The notes under the pieces: generated by a model
What the model saw: the letters and a program-made list of their open reading frames with translations, nothing else
What the model was told of the DNA's origin: nothing
The model's database searches: none
Made by a program: the position numbers and the translations under genes
In this document: positions 1 to 8,950 of the stretch, one piece after another
Position numbering within the stretch: position 1 is the first letter of the stretch
How the letters are laid out: every line of letters starts with the position of its first letter
NCBI GenBank assembly: GCA_963805975.1
Contig: CAWDVR010000004.1
Span: 96,001 to 160,000 of the forward strand
Direction of reading: 5' to 3'
Source: an uncultured Acidobacteriota bacterium
GTDB lineage: Bacteria > Acidobacteriota > Thermoanaerobaculia > Multivoradales > SZUA-115
Length of the DNA: 64,000 bases

Positions 1-19
1 GAAGCTCGTCACCAGGCAT
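1..19 (-). CDS. 5' start of the next gene (MPGDEL...), runs off the window; possibly the SbnB-like partner
   Basis: ATG at 19 with GAGGTGG SD just downstream of the sbnA-like stop; identity inferred only from the usual sbnA-sbnB synteny. Confidence 0.3.
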
Positions 20-35
20 CGCGCTCGCCACCTCG

Positions 36-1059
36 TCAAGTCAGGGAGGTCGCCGGGCGGGCATCGCGCCACAGCGGCTCGACGTCCCCGAAGTGCTCCC
101 GCACCCAGGCGTCCGAAAAGATGGTGTCGAGGTAGCGCTCGCCGCGGTCGCAGAGAATGGCGACGCAGCGCGCCCCGGACGGGATCTCGTGGCCCATGGC
201 CTCGACGGCGGCGACCACCGCCCCCGAAGAGCCGCCGGCGAGCACCCCTTCGCGGTGCAGCAGCCGCCGGCAGCCGACCACGCAGTCGAGATCGGTGACC
301 AGGATCGAGCGCTCGGCCAGGTCGGGCCGGAAGAGAGCGGGCCGCACGGCGGCGCCGTGGCCGGGGATCAGCCGCTTCTTGCGCTCGCCCGCCGAAGATC
401 ACGCTGCCCACCGCGTCCACCGCCACGATGCGGGTGCGCAGGCCCAGCTCGCGCGCGTGGTCCGCGCAGCCGCGCAAGGTGCCGCAGCTGCTGGTGGCGA
501 CGAAGAGGTAGTCGAGCCGGCCGTCCAGGGCGTCGACGATCTCCCGGAGCGTCTGGTGGTGGGCGCGGGGGTTGTCCGGGTTGGCGTACTGGTTGGGCCA
601 GAAGCTGCCGGGGATCTCGCGCCGCAAGGCTTCCACTCTCTCGAGCCGCGCCTGGAGGTACTCGCCGGTCACGGGATCGGGCGCCGTGACCATGTCCACC
701 TCGGCGCCGTAGGCGCGCAGCAGGTCGACGTTGAGCGGCGTCGTCTTGGGATCGATCACGCAGACGAAGCGCAGGCCGTAGATCCGGCAGGCGAGGGCGA
801 GGCCGATCCCCATGTTGCCGGAGCTCGACTCGACGACCACCGTGCCGCGCCCGATCTCGCCCCGTGCCCACGCCGCCTCGAGGATGCTCAGAGCGGCGCG
901 GTCCTTGATGCTGCCGCCCTGGTTGGCACCCTCGAGCTTGGCGAAGAGCTCGAACGGCGCCCCGGGCAGCAGCCGCCGGAGCCGCACCAGCGGGGTGTTG
1001 CCGATGGTCGCCAGGATCCCTTCACGGATGGCGCTCGCAGGCGGGGCTTGGGTGGGCAT
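36..1059 (-). CDS. sbnA: SbnA-like 2,3-diaminopropionate biosynthesis protein / PLP-dependent cysteine synthase family; one frameshift near 390
   Basis: Manual translation from ATG 1059: IGNTPLVRL..FAKLEGANQGGSIKDRAA (PLP lysine); C-terminal GGSSGA and DRGERYLDTIF in ORF 36-347; span 1024 nt = 3n+1. Confidence 0.75.
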
Positions 1060-1181
1060 GGGGTGGGGGGCTGTTGGCGTCGCAGGGCGCCTCATCGGCA
1101 CAGCGCCCCTCTTTAGTGCAGACAGCGGTTTCTGCGTGACAGCCGGAAGGGCTCTCGAAGAGGACTGTTAAGCTGCCGCGA

Positions 1182-1784
1182 GTGACTGTCGCCTCCGCCA
1201 GCCTGCTCATGTTCCTGGTGATCGACCCGCTGGGGAACGTGCCGTTTTTCCTCTCGGCGTTGAAGACCGTCGAGCGCGCGCGGCAGCGCCGGGTGGTTCT
1301 GCGCGAGCTTCTGATCGCGCTCGTGGTGCTGGTCGCCTTCCTCTTCGTGGGCGCCCCGGTGCTGGCGCTGCTCCACGTCTCGGGGCCGGCGCTCACCACG
1401 GCCGGCGGCGTCATCCTGATGCTGATCGCGCTGCGCATGATCTTCCCCACCGCCGAGCGCTCGATGCAGGAGGAGGTCGCCGGCGAGCCGTTCATCGTGC
1501 CGCTCGCCATCCCCTACACGGCGGGCCCCTCGGCGCTCGCCACCGAGCTGCTGCTGGTGAGCGGCGAGCCCGCCCGCTGGCCGGAGTGGCTGCTCGCCGT
1601 GTTCCTGGCCTGGCTCGCCGCCAGCGTCATCATCCTCTTCGCGAGCGGCTTCCGCCGCTACCTGGGTGAGAAGGGCCTGATCGCCCTCGAGCGGCTGATG
1701 GGCATGGTGCTGGTCACCGTCGCGGTGCAGATGCTGATGACCGGCATCTCGCAGTTCCTGGCGGCCGACGGAGCCGTGCCGTGA
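1182..1784 (+). CDS. MarC family inner membrane protein
   Basis: IDPLGNVPFF, VPLAIPYTAGP and ERLMGMVL MarC motifs; about 6 TM segments. Confidence 0.9.
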   Translation: MTVASASLLMFLVIDPLGNVPFFLSALKTVERARQRRVVLRELLIALVVLVAFLFVGAPVLALLHVSGPALTTAGGVILMLIALRMIFPTAERSMQEEVAGEPFIVPLAIPYTAGPSALATELLLVSGEPARWPEWLLAVFLAWLAASVIILFASGFRRYLGEKGLIALERLMGMVLVTVAVQMLMTGISQFLAADGAVP

Positions 1785-3808
1785 ACGGAAAGACCGCGTC
1801 GAGCGCCGGGGCGGTCGTGTTCCTGGTGCTCGCCGCGATCTTCGTGCGGGGTGAGGAGCCCGCCCGGCCCGCCGACCCGCTGGCAGATCTGAAGATCCAC
1901 GTCACCGCCGGGGCGGCGCCCGGCTACGTGCCGGACAAGACCTGCCGCATGTGCCATGCGGAGCTCTACGCTTCCTACCAGGAAGTGGCGATGGCGCGCT
2001 CCTTCCGCCGCGCGGGTGGGGGTGACGGGATCGAGGATCTGACGAGCGCCCGCTTCACCCACACGGCCTCCGGCCAGCGCTTCGAGATCGCCAGGAGCGG
2101 CGACGGCAAGCTCGTCTTCCGCCGCTACCAGCTCGGTGCCGAGGAGGCGGGCGTGCCGCCCTTCGAGGCCGAGGTCGCCTGGGTCCTGGGCTCCGGCAAT
2201 CACGCCCGCACCTACCTCTACCAGACGCCGGCCGGCGAGCTCTACCAGCTCCCGCTCGGCTGGTATAGCCAGGAGAAGGCCTGGAACATGGCCCCCGGCT
2301 ACGACCGCCCGGACCACGAAGGCGTGATGCGCCGGGTGCGGCGGGAGTGCATGTTCTGCCACAACGCCTACCCCGAGGTGGAGCCCGGGAGCGACGCCTA
2401 CGGCGCGCCGCCGCTCTACCCCGCCTCGCTGCCCGAGGGCATCGGCTGCCAGCGCTGCCACGGCCCGGGGGCCGAGCACCTGCGCCGGGCCTTCGGCGGC
2501 GCGCCCCGGGAGCAGGTGCGCGAGGCGGTGGTCAACCCGGCCCGGCTCGCTCCCGCCCGTCGCGACGACGTCTGCCTGGGCTGCCATCTCCAGCCCTCGG
2601 TCGCCCTGCCGGGCCTGCGCCGCTTCGAGCGTGCGGACTATTCGTTCCGGCCCGGCGAGGCACTCTCCGACTACCTGGTACAGGTGGACGTGGACGAGGA
2701 AGGCCGGCCGCGGAGCGAGCGCTTCGAGATCAACCACCACCCCTACCGCCTGCGCCAGAGTCGCTGCTTCACGGCGAGCGCGGGCCGCCTCTCCTGCCTC
2801 ACCTGCCACGACCCGCACAAGAAGGTGCCGGAGGCCGCGCGCGCCTCCCACTACCGCGCCGCCTGCCTCACCTGCCACCAGGTCGAGGACTGCGGCCGGC
2901 CCACGGTGGAGGGCGAAGCAGCCCACGCCGACGGCGGCGACTGCGCCTCCTGCCACATGCCGCGGCGCCGGCCCCAGGACGTGGTCCACGTGGTGATGAC
3001 CGACCACCGCATCCAGCGCCTTCCCGGCGGCCCGGAGCTCACGGCGCCGCTCGCCGAGAGCGACCACCAGATCACCGGCGTCGAGCTCACCGACCCGGCC
3101 GCGTCGCCCCCCGGCGCCCTGGGCGAGGTCTATCGCACGCTCGCGGTGGTGCGCGCCAGCCGCGCCACCGGGGCCATCGACCGGCTGGCACGGCTGCTGC
3201 GGGAAGTCCAACCCGCCTCGCAGGTGCCGTACTTCGATCTCGCCGAGGCGTTCCTCTCCCGCGGTCGCTTCGCGGAGGCCGAGACGGCGCTCGCCGGCAT
3301 CCTGGCGCGTTCCCCGGCCGAGCCCCGGGCGCGCGAGTGGCTCGGTATCGCGCTCACCGGGCAGGGGAAGGTCGACGAGGGAAGGGCGGCGATCGAAGCC
3401 GCCCTCACGCAGCCGGGAGAACCTGGCGGCGCCTCGTTCCGCCCCGAAGCGCGTTCCAACCTGGGCCGCCTGCTCGCCGCCGAGGGGCGGCCGGCCGAGG
3501 CCCTGCTCGTTCTCCGGGCCGCTCTCGAAGAGCGCCCGAACCTTGCTCTCGCGTGGTTCCACCGGGCGAGAGTCGAGACCGCGCTCGACCGGCCGGCGGA
3601 AGCCCTCCGGTCCTACCGCCGCTGCCTCTCGATCGATCCCACCCAGACCCGGGCCTACCTCGGCCTGGCCGAGGCCCACCTCGCATCGGGAGACCGCGCT
3701 CGCGCGCTCGCCGTCCTGCGCCTCGGCACCACCGCCGCCGCGGACCGCCGGACGATTCAGGAAGCCCTCGCCCGCACCGAGGCGGACGGGCCCACGGAGA
3801 CGCCATGA
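1781..3808 (+). CDS. Exported multiheme c-type cytochrome with C-terminal TPR repeats
   Basis: N-terminal hydrophobic segment; 7 CxxCH motifs (CRMCH, CMFCH, CQRCH, CLGCH, CLTCH x2, CASCH); TPR-like helical repeats in the last ~200 aa. Confidence 0.85.
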   Translation: MNGKTASSAGAVVFLVLAAIFVRGEEPARPADPLADLKIHVTAGAAPGYVPDKTCRMCHAELYASYQEVAMARSFRRAGGGDGIEDLTSARFTHTASGQRFEIARSGDGKLVFRRYQLGAEEAGVPPFEAEVAWVLGSGNHARTYLYQTPAGELYQLPLGWYSQEKAWNMAPGYDRPDHEGVMRRVRRECMFCHNAYPEVEPGSDAYGAPPLYPASLPEGIGCQRCHGPGAEHLRRAFGGAPREQVREAVVNPARLAPARRDDVCLGCHLQPSVALPGLRRFERADYSFRPGEALSDYLVQVDVDEEGRPRSERFEINHHPYRLRQSRCFTASAGRLSCLTCHDPHKKVPEAARASHYRAACLTCHQVEDCGRPTVEGEAAHADGGDCASCHMPRRRPQDVVHVVMTDHRIQRLPGGPELTAPLAESDHQITGVELTDPAASPPGALGEVYRTLAVVRASRATGAIDRLARLLREVQPASQVPYFDLAEAFLSRGRFAEAETALAGILARSPAEPRAREWLGIALTGQGKVDEGRAAIEAALTQPGEPGGASFRPEARSNLGRLLAAEGRPAEALLVLRAALEERPNLALAWFHRARVETALDRPAEALRSYRRCLSIDPTQTRAYLGLAEAHLASGDRARALAVLRLGTTAAADRRTIQEALARTEADGPTETP

Positions 3809-4309
3809 CCGACGCTCCCGCTCCTTACACCGTCCCCGCCGGCACGGACATCGGCCATGTGCACTTGAAGGTTGCCGATCTCGAGCGGGCGCTGGCTTTC
3901 TACACCGGCACGCTGGGCTTCGAGCTCACGCAGCGCTATGGGCGCGAAGCCGCCTTCGTCTCGGCCGGCGGCTACCACCATCACATCGGTCTCAACACCT
4001 GGGAGAGCCGCGGCGGCTCGCCGCCTCCGCCCGGCTCGACCGGCCTCTACCACCTCGCCATCCGCTATCCCACCCGGCACGACCTCGCCGTGGTGACACG
4101 GCGGGTCCTGGCGGCTGGCATCCGACCTCGTCGGGGCCGCCGACCACGGCGTCAGCGAGGCCGTGTACTTGACCGACCCCGACCAGAACGGCGTCGAGCT
4201 CTACTGGGACCGCCCCCGCGACGCCTGGCCCCACCACCCCGACGGCTCACTCGCCATGGGCACCGACCCGCTCGACCTGGCGGGGCTGCTGCGGGAGGCT
4301 GAGGGGTAG
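3805..4309 (+). CDS. VOC/glyoxalase family protein (CatE-like); one frameshift near 4125
   Basis: IGHVHLKVADLERA, GGYHHHIGLNTW, GLYHLAIRYP, then in the shifted frame ADHGVSEAVYLTDPDQNGVELYWD; 505 nt = 3n+1. Confidence 0.85.
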
Positions 4310-4347
4310 TCTTCGCGAGGCGCCATCACCAGCGCCCTCCAACTCGC

Positions 4348-5181
4348 ATGCTGAGCCGCCGCCACTTCCTGCTCGCTGCCGCCGCGGCCGCGCCCGCGGG
4401 GGTGGTGTGCTACACCTTCTACATCGAGCCGCACTGGTTGGAGATCGTCCGCCGGCCGCTGCCGGTGCGGGGCCTGCCGCCGGAGCTCGCGGGCTCGACG
4501 CTGGTGCAGATGAGCGACGTGCACGTGGGGCTCGAGGTGGACGACGCCTATGTGATCGAGACCTTCGAGCGCGTGGCGCGGCTGGCGCCGGACATCGTGG
4601 TGGTGACCGGGGACTTCATCAGCCACCACGCGCGGTCTCTGGAACAGGTCGAGCGCGTCTATGCGCACCTGCCGCGCGGCCGGCTCGCCACCCTGGGTAT
4701 CTTCGGCAACCACGACTACGGGCCCGGCTGGTCGCACCCGGAGGTGGCCGACGCCCTTGCCGGCGCGCTGGCGCGTTGCGGGATCCGGATGCTGCGCAAC
4801 GAGATCGCGGAGGTCGCGGGCCTTCAGATTGCGGGCCTGGACGACCTGTGGGGCACGAACTTCCGGCCTCGAGGCGTGATCGAGAGCATCGATCCTGAAC
4901 GGGCCGCGATCGTCCTCAGCCACAACCCGGACTCGGTCGATCGGCCGGTCTGGGGCGGCTACCAGGGCTGGGTCCTCTCCGGCCACACCCATGGCGGGCA
5001 GTGCAAGCCCCCCTTCCTGCCGCCCCCGATGCTGCCGGTGCAGAACAAGCGCTACACGGCTGGGGAATTCGAGCTTTCCGGCAGCCGGCGGCTCTACATC
5101 AACCGCGGCATCGGCCACCTGCTGGCGGTGCGCTTCAACGTGCGGCCCGAGGTGACGGTCTTCGAGCTCGAGCGCGCCTGA
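4348..5181 (+). CDS. Calcineurin-like metallophosphoesterase (YkuE-like) with Tat signal
   Basis: SRRHFL Tat motif; SDVH, TGD, GNHD, LSHNPD, SGHTHGGQ motifs. Confidence 0.9.
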   Translation: MLSRRHFLLAAAAAAPAGVVCYTFYIEPHWLEIVRRPLPVRGLPPELAGSTLVQMSDVHVGLEVDDAYVIETFERVARLAPDIVVVTGDFISHHARSLEQVERVYAHLPRGRLATLGIFGNHDYGPGWSHPEVADALAGALARCGIRMLRNEIAEVAGLQIAGLDDLWGTNFRPRGVIESIDPERAAIVLSHNPDSVDRPVWGGYQGWVLSGHTHGGQCKPPFLPPPMLPVQNKRYTAGEFELSGSRRLYINRGIGHLLAVRFNVRPEVTVFELERA

Positions 5182-5334
5182 AGACGTGCCTCCGCCGCCG
5201 GAACGTCCTTCCTCCCGCCGGCGATGGCACTCAGACTGGTAGAACATCTCGACCTATGTGGCGCTTGCGGCCATGGCTTGGGCCGCCCGCCGGTCGCCGT
5301 GGTAACGTCCTCGGTCTCGCTGGTCCGACACCTG

Positions 5335-5892
5335 ATGAGCCCTCTCTCGACGACCTCCAGTCTCCGCCCGCGCGCGGGGTCCCCCCGCTTCTGGCGCATG
5401 CTGCGCCTCGGCTCGCTGGTGCTGGCGGTGGGCTATCTGGTGGCGCTCCACGCCGAGATCCTGTGGCAGCGCATCGCGTCGAAGACTCTTCTCGAGCCGG
5501 TCGTCGCCCTGAAGTGGACGGCGGCGGCGGCGCTGGTGGCGGCTCTCCTGCGGCTCAGGAGCGCCGGGGTGCCGCTCTGGCACGGGCGCCGGGCGGTAGT
5601 GGTCTGGATGCTGGTGCTGCTCCTCCATGCCGGCACGGCCGTGCCCGCGGCGGAGGAGCTGGCGGCTGGGTTGAGCGACCGCGCCGATGCCTCCAGCCTG
5701 CTCCTGGTGCTGCCGCTCTGTGTCTCGCTGGCGACGGTTTTCGAGCTCGGCCGTCGCCTCCTCGCCGGCCGGGTCGAGGCGCGGCCGGCTCCCCGGCCGA
5801 TGCCGCGCCGCCTGCTGCTCGCGGCGCCTCCCCGGCCCGCTTTCGTGGACGGCCTCGGCCGCGCCCTGGCCTCGCGCCCTCCTCCCGTCTAG
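5335..5892 (+). CDS. Hypothetical membrane protein ending ...ASRPPPV; candidate arrest-type leader ORF of the TonB receptor (start uncertain: 5224, 5335 or 5398)
   Basis: About 4 hydrophobic segments; C-terminal RPPP; directly upstream of and co-oriented with the receptor gene. Confidence 0.6.
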   Translation: MSPLSTTSSLRPRAGSPRFWRMLRLGSLVLAVGYLVALHAEILWQRIASKTLLEPVVALKWTAAAALVAALLRLRSAGVPLWHGRRAVVVWMLVLLLHAGTAVPAAEELAAGLSDRADASSLLLVLPLCVSLATVFELGRRLLAGRVEARPAPRPMPRRLLLAAPPRPAFVDGLGRALASRPPPV

Positions 5893-6008
5893 CCCTCGCC
5901 TCTGTCGTCCGAAGAGCCCGGTGGCCGCGCCGCCGGGATCGCCATGGAACGCGGAGCGCCGCGCGCGATCTCTCGCCGCCGGCCTCCGCTCGACCGGAGA
6001 TCAGGACT

Positions 6009-8341
6009 ATGACGTTTCTCGAGCTCACCGCGGCGCGCCGCCAGGCGCTGGCCGCGCTCGTTGCCTTGCCGCTCCTCTTTGCAGGCGCGGTTCTCTCGCC
6101 CGCCGCCGCCCAGACCGACCCGGTGGCCGAGCCCCGGCCCGACGCCGCGGAGGTCGCGGCCGCGACGACGCCTCCACCCCCTCTTTCTTCGCCGAGACCA
6201 CCGTCACCGCGACCGGCAGCGAGGCGGACACCTTCGAGGTGGCGACCCCGGTGACGGTGGTCAGCGCGGAGACCATCGAGCGCCGCGCCCCGGACAACGC
6301 GGCGGACCTGCTGCGCGACGAGCCGGGCGTGGACGTCAACGGCGTGGGCCCCAACCAGGAGCGGCCGGTGATCCGCGGCCAGAGAGGGCTGCGGGTGCTG
6401 TTTCTGGAGAACGGCCTGCGCCTCAACAACGCCCGCCGGCAGACCGACTTCGGGGAGATCAGCGGCCTCGTGGACGTGGACGAGGTCGAGACCCTCGAGG
6501 TGGTGCGCGGCCCGGCCTCGGTGCTCTACGGCAGCGACGCGGTGGGCGGGGTGCTCAACCTGCTCACCAAGGCGCCGGCTTTTAACGACGACCGCTCCCT
6601 GGGCGGCTCCTTGGCGCTGCGCTACGGCACGGCGGGCGAGACGGCGCGCGGCCACGCCGCGCTCGACGGCCGGAGCGGCAAGCTCTCCTACCGCCTGGGC
6701 GCCTCCTACCGCGACGCCGACGACTACGAAGCCCCGGCCGGCTCCTTCGGCGACATCCGCCTGGACGACGACACGCGGGTGAACGACACCGGCGTGACCG
6801 ACGACAGCGCCTCGTTGCACCTGGGCTGGGAGCTGGCGGAGAACCAGTCGCTCACCTTTCGCCTCAACCGCTACCGCGCCGACCAGACCGGCTTCGGCTT
6901 CGTCGATCCGGCTCTCCTGGCCGGCGAGGAGGATGCCGTGGTGCGCATCCTCTACCCGGAGCAGGCCTTCGACCGCTACAATCTGGGCTACCTCGGCTCG
7001 AACCTGGGCTCGGCGCTGGCCGACACCGTGGAGGTCCAGGGCTATTACCAGTCGAACGAGCGCCAGCTCGCCAACCTGATCGACATCAACATCGGCCCGA
7101 TCTTCCCCACCGCGCCCAACTCGTCGGTGTTCGCGGACACCCTCAACTCCACGGACCTGGACACCCTCGGCCTGCGCGCCGAGGTGATGAAGCTCGCCGG
7201 CGAGGACCATTTCTTCACCTATGGCCTCGAGGCGAGCGAGGACGACTCCAAGAACACCGATTTCTCGACCATCACGACCACCCTCCGCTTCCCTTTCCCG
7301 CCGTTCCAGGTGGTCGACGTCGCAACTGACGATGTCGCCAACGCGCCGAACGCCACCAACTCGAGCTACGGCGTCTTCGTACAGGACGAGATCGGCCTCG
7401 GCGACCGCTTCAAGGTCACCGTCGGGGCGCGCTATCAGCAGGTCGAGACCAAGGCCGAAGCCACGCCCGGCTGGGACGTTTCCGACCTCGACTTCGAGGA
7501 CGACCAGGTGGTGGGCGCCGTGGCCGGCCTCTACCGCGCCACGGACTACCTGCACCTCGTGGCCTCCTACGGCACGGCCTTCCGCGCACCCTCGATCGTC
7601 GAGCGGCTGTTCAACGGCCCGACGCCAGAAGGCTCCGGCTTCCAGATCCTGAACCCGGATCTGGCCTCGGAGGAGAGCGACAACATCGACGTGGGGCTCA
7701 AGTACCGGCGCCGGAACGCCTTCCTCGACCTCACTCTGTTCCGGAACGACATCGACGACGGTATCGTGCAGTACTTCCTGTCGCCGGCGGAGGTCCTGGC
7801 GCTGCCGCCCGAGGTGCAGCAGGCGATCCGCGAGTCCGGCGGCGGCTTCGTCGTCCAGCAGCGGAACATCGAGCGGCTGCGCTACGAGGGCGCGGAGCTG
7901 GCCCTCGGCTGGCGAGGGGAGAGCGGCCTGGCGGTGGGCGGCAACTACACCTATCTCGACGGCGAGCGGATCGACTCCGTCAACCCGCCGACCGGCGACA
8001 CCTTTGGCGACAAGATCAACTTCTACCTGCGCTTCGAGCCGGCCCAGGGCCGCTGGGCGGGACGCTACTGGGCAGAGTACAGGCTGCGCCGGAACGGCGA
8101 GGAGAAGGCCAACCTCGCAGCCAACGAGCCGGTGCCGCCGGTGGGCGAGCGGCTGCCGGCCTTCACGGTCCACACGCTGGCCGGCGGTGTGCGGCTCTTC
8201 GAGCGCGGCCGGCAGCGCCACAGCGTGGGAGTGGTGGTCGAGAACGCGAGCGACGAGCTCTACGCCGAGTTCTCGAACGCCACGTTCTTCCGTCCCCAGC
8301 CCAAGCGCAACGTGACGGTGACGTACCGCCTGGGCTTCTAG
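6009..8341 (+). CDS. TonB-dependent outer membrane receptor (possibly heme/iron type); one frameshift near 6165
   Basis: ATG 6009 with signal peptide in one frame; TonB box ETTVTAT, plug IRG..LENG and EVVRGPASVLYGSDAVGGVLN in the next; FRAP and NPDL motifs; terminal Phe (YRLGF). Confidence 0.92.
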
Positions 8342-8369
8342 GGCGCCCGGTTCTTCCTGGGATTTTCAC

Positions 8370-8397
8370 GGCCGGCCGCGGGGTCGGCCTTTCTTTT
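8370..8397 (+). terminator. Probable intrinsic terminator after the TonB receptor
   Basis: GGCCGGCC/GGTCGGCC stem followed by TTTCTTTT. Confidence 0.55.
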
Positions 8398-8793
8398 CTA
8401 GCGTCGGATTCCCTGCCGCCGTGCGAGCCAGTCGTCGACCGAGAAGCGCCCGGCGCCGGTGAAGGCCAGGGCGAGGAACGGGATGGCGAAGAGCAGCGGG
8501 TGCTCCTTCTGCTCGAAGGCGTCGCTGGCGTGGAAGACGAACGCCGCCACCAGCATGGTGATCACCACCGGGATCGCCGCCCAGCGAGTCTTGAAGCCGA
8601 AGACCACGAGCAGAGCGCAGACGAACTCTGCGAACGCCGCCAGCGCCAGGCTCGCCGCCGGGCCGATGCCGATCGGGTCCGGGAAGTTGGCAGCCTTGCC
8701 GCCGAAGAGGTCCATCACCTTCCCGAGGCCGTGACCGGCCATCAACAGCCCCACTCCAAGCCGCAGGATCAAGAGCCCCCAGTCCAGCTTCAT
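8398..8793 (-). CDS. DoxX family membrane protein
   Basis: GLLILRLGVGLLMAGHGLGK, AEFVCALLVVFGFKTR, GAGRFSVD; ATG 8793. Confidence 0.9.
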   Translation of the reverse strand: MKLDWGLLILRLGVGLLMAGHGLGKVMDLFGGKAANFPDPIGIGPAASLALAAFAEFVCALLVVFGFKTRWAAIPVVITMLVAAFVFHASDAFEQKEHPLLFAIPFLALAFTGAGRFSVDDWLARRQGIRR

Positions 8794-8950
8794 GCCATGC
8801 CCCCCTCTGTCCGGTTGTGGCTGCGCCTCGCGGTCCCGGGCCGGCTTGCCGGCAGAGCTCGAGGGCAGTGTGACGGCGGGGATTGTAGCCAGGTTCGCGG
8901 GCCATCGCGCCCTCTGCTCGGCCCCGGAGTCGCTTTGCGCGTAGTCTTCT

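Noticed and set aside
5182-5335. Fur box or cobalamin riboswitch upstream of the TonB receptor unit
   Set aside because: No GATAATGATAATCATTATC-like palindrome or B12-box motif recognisable
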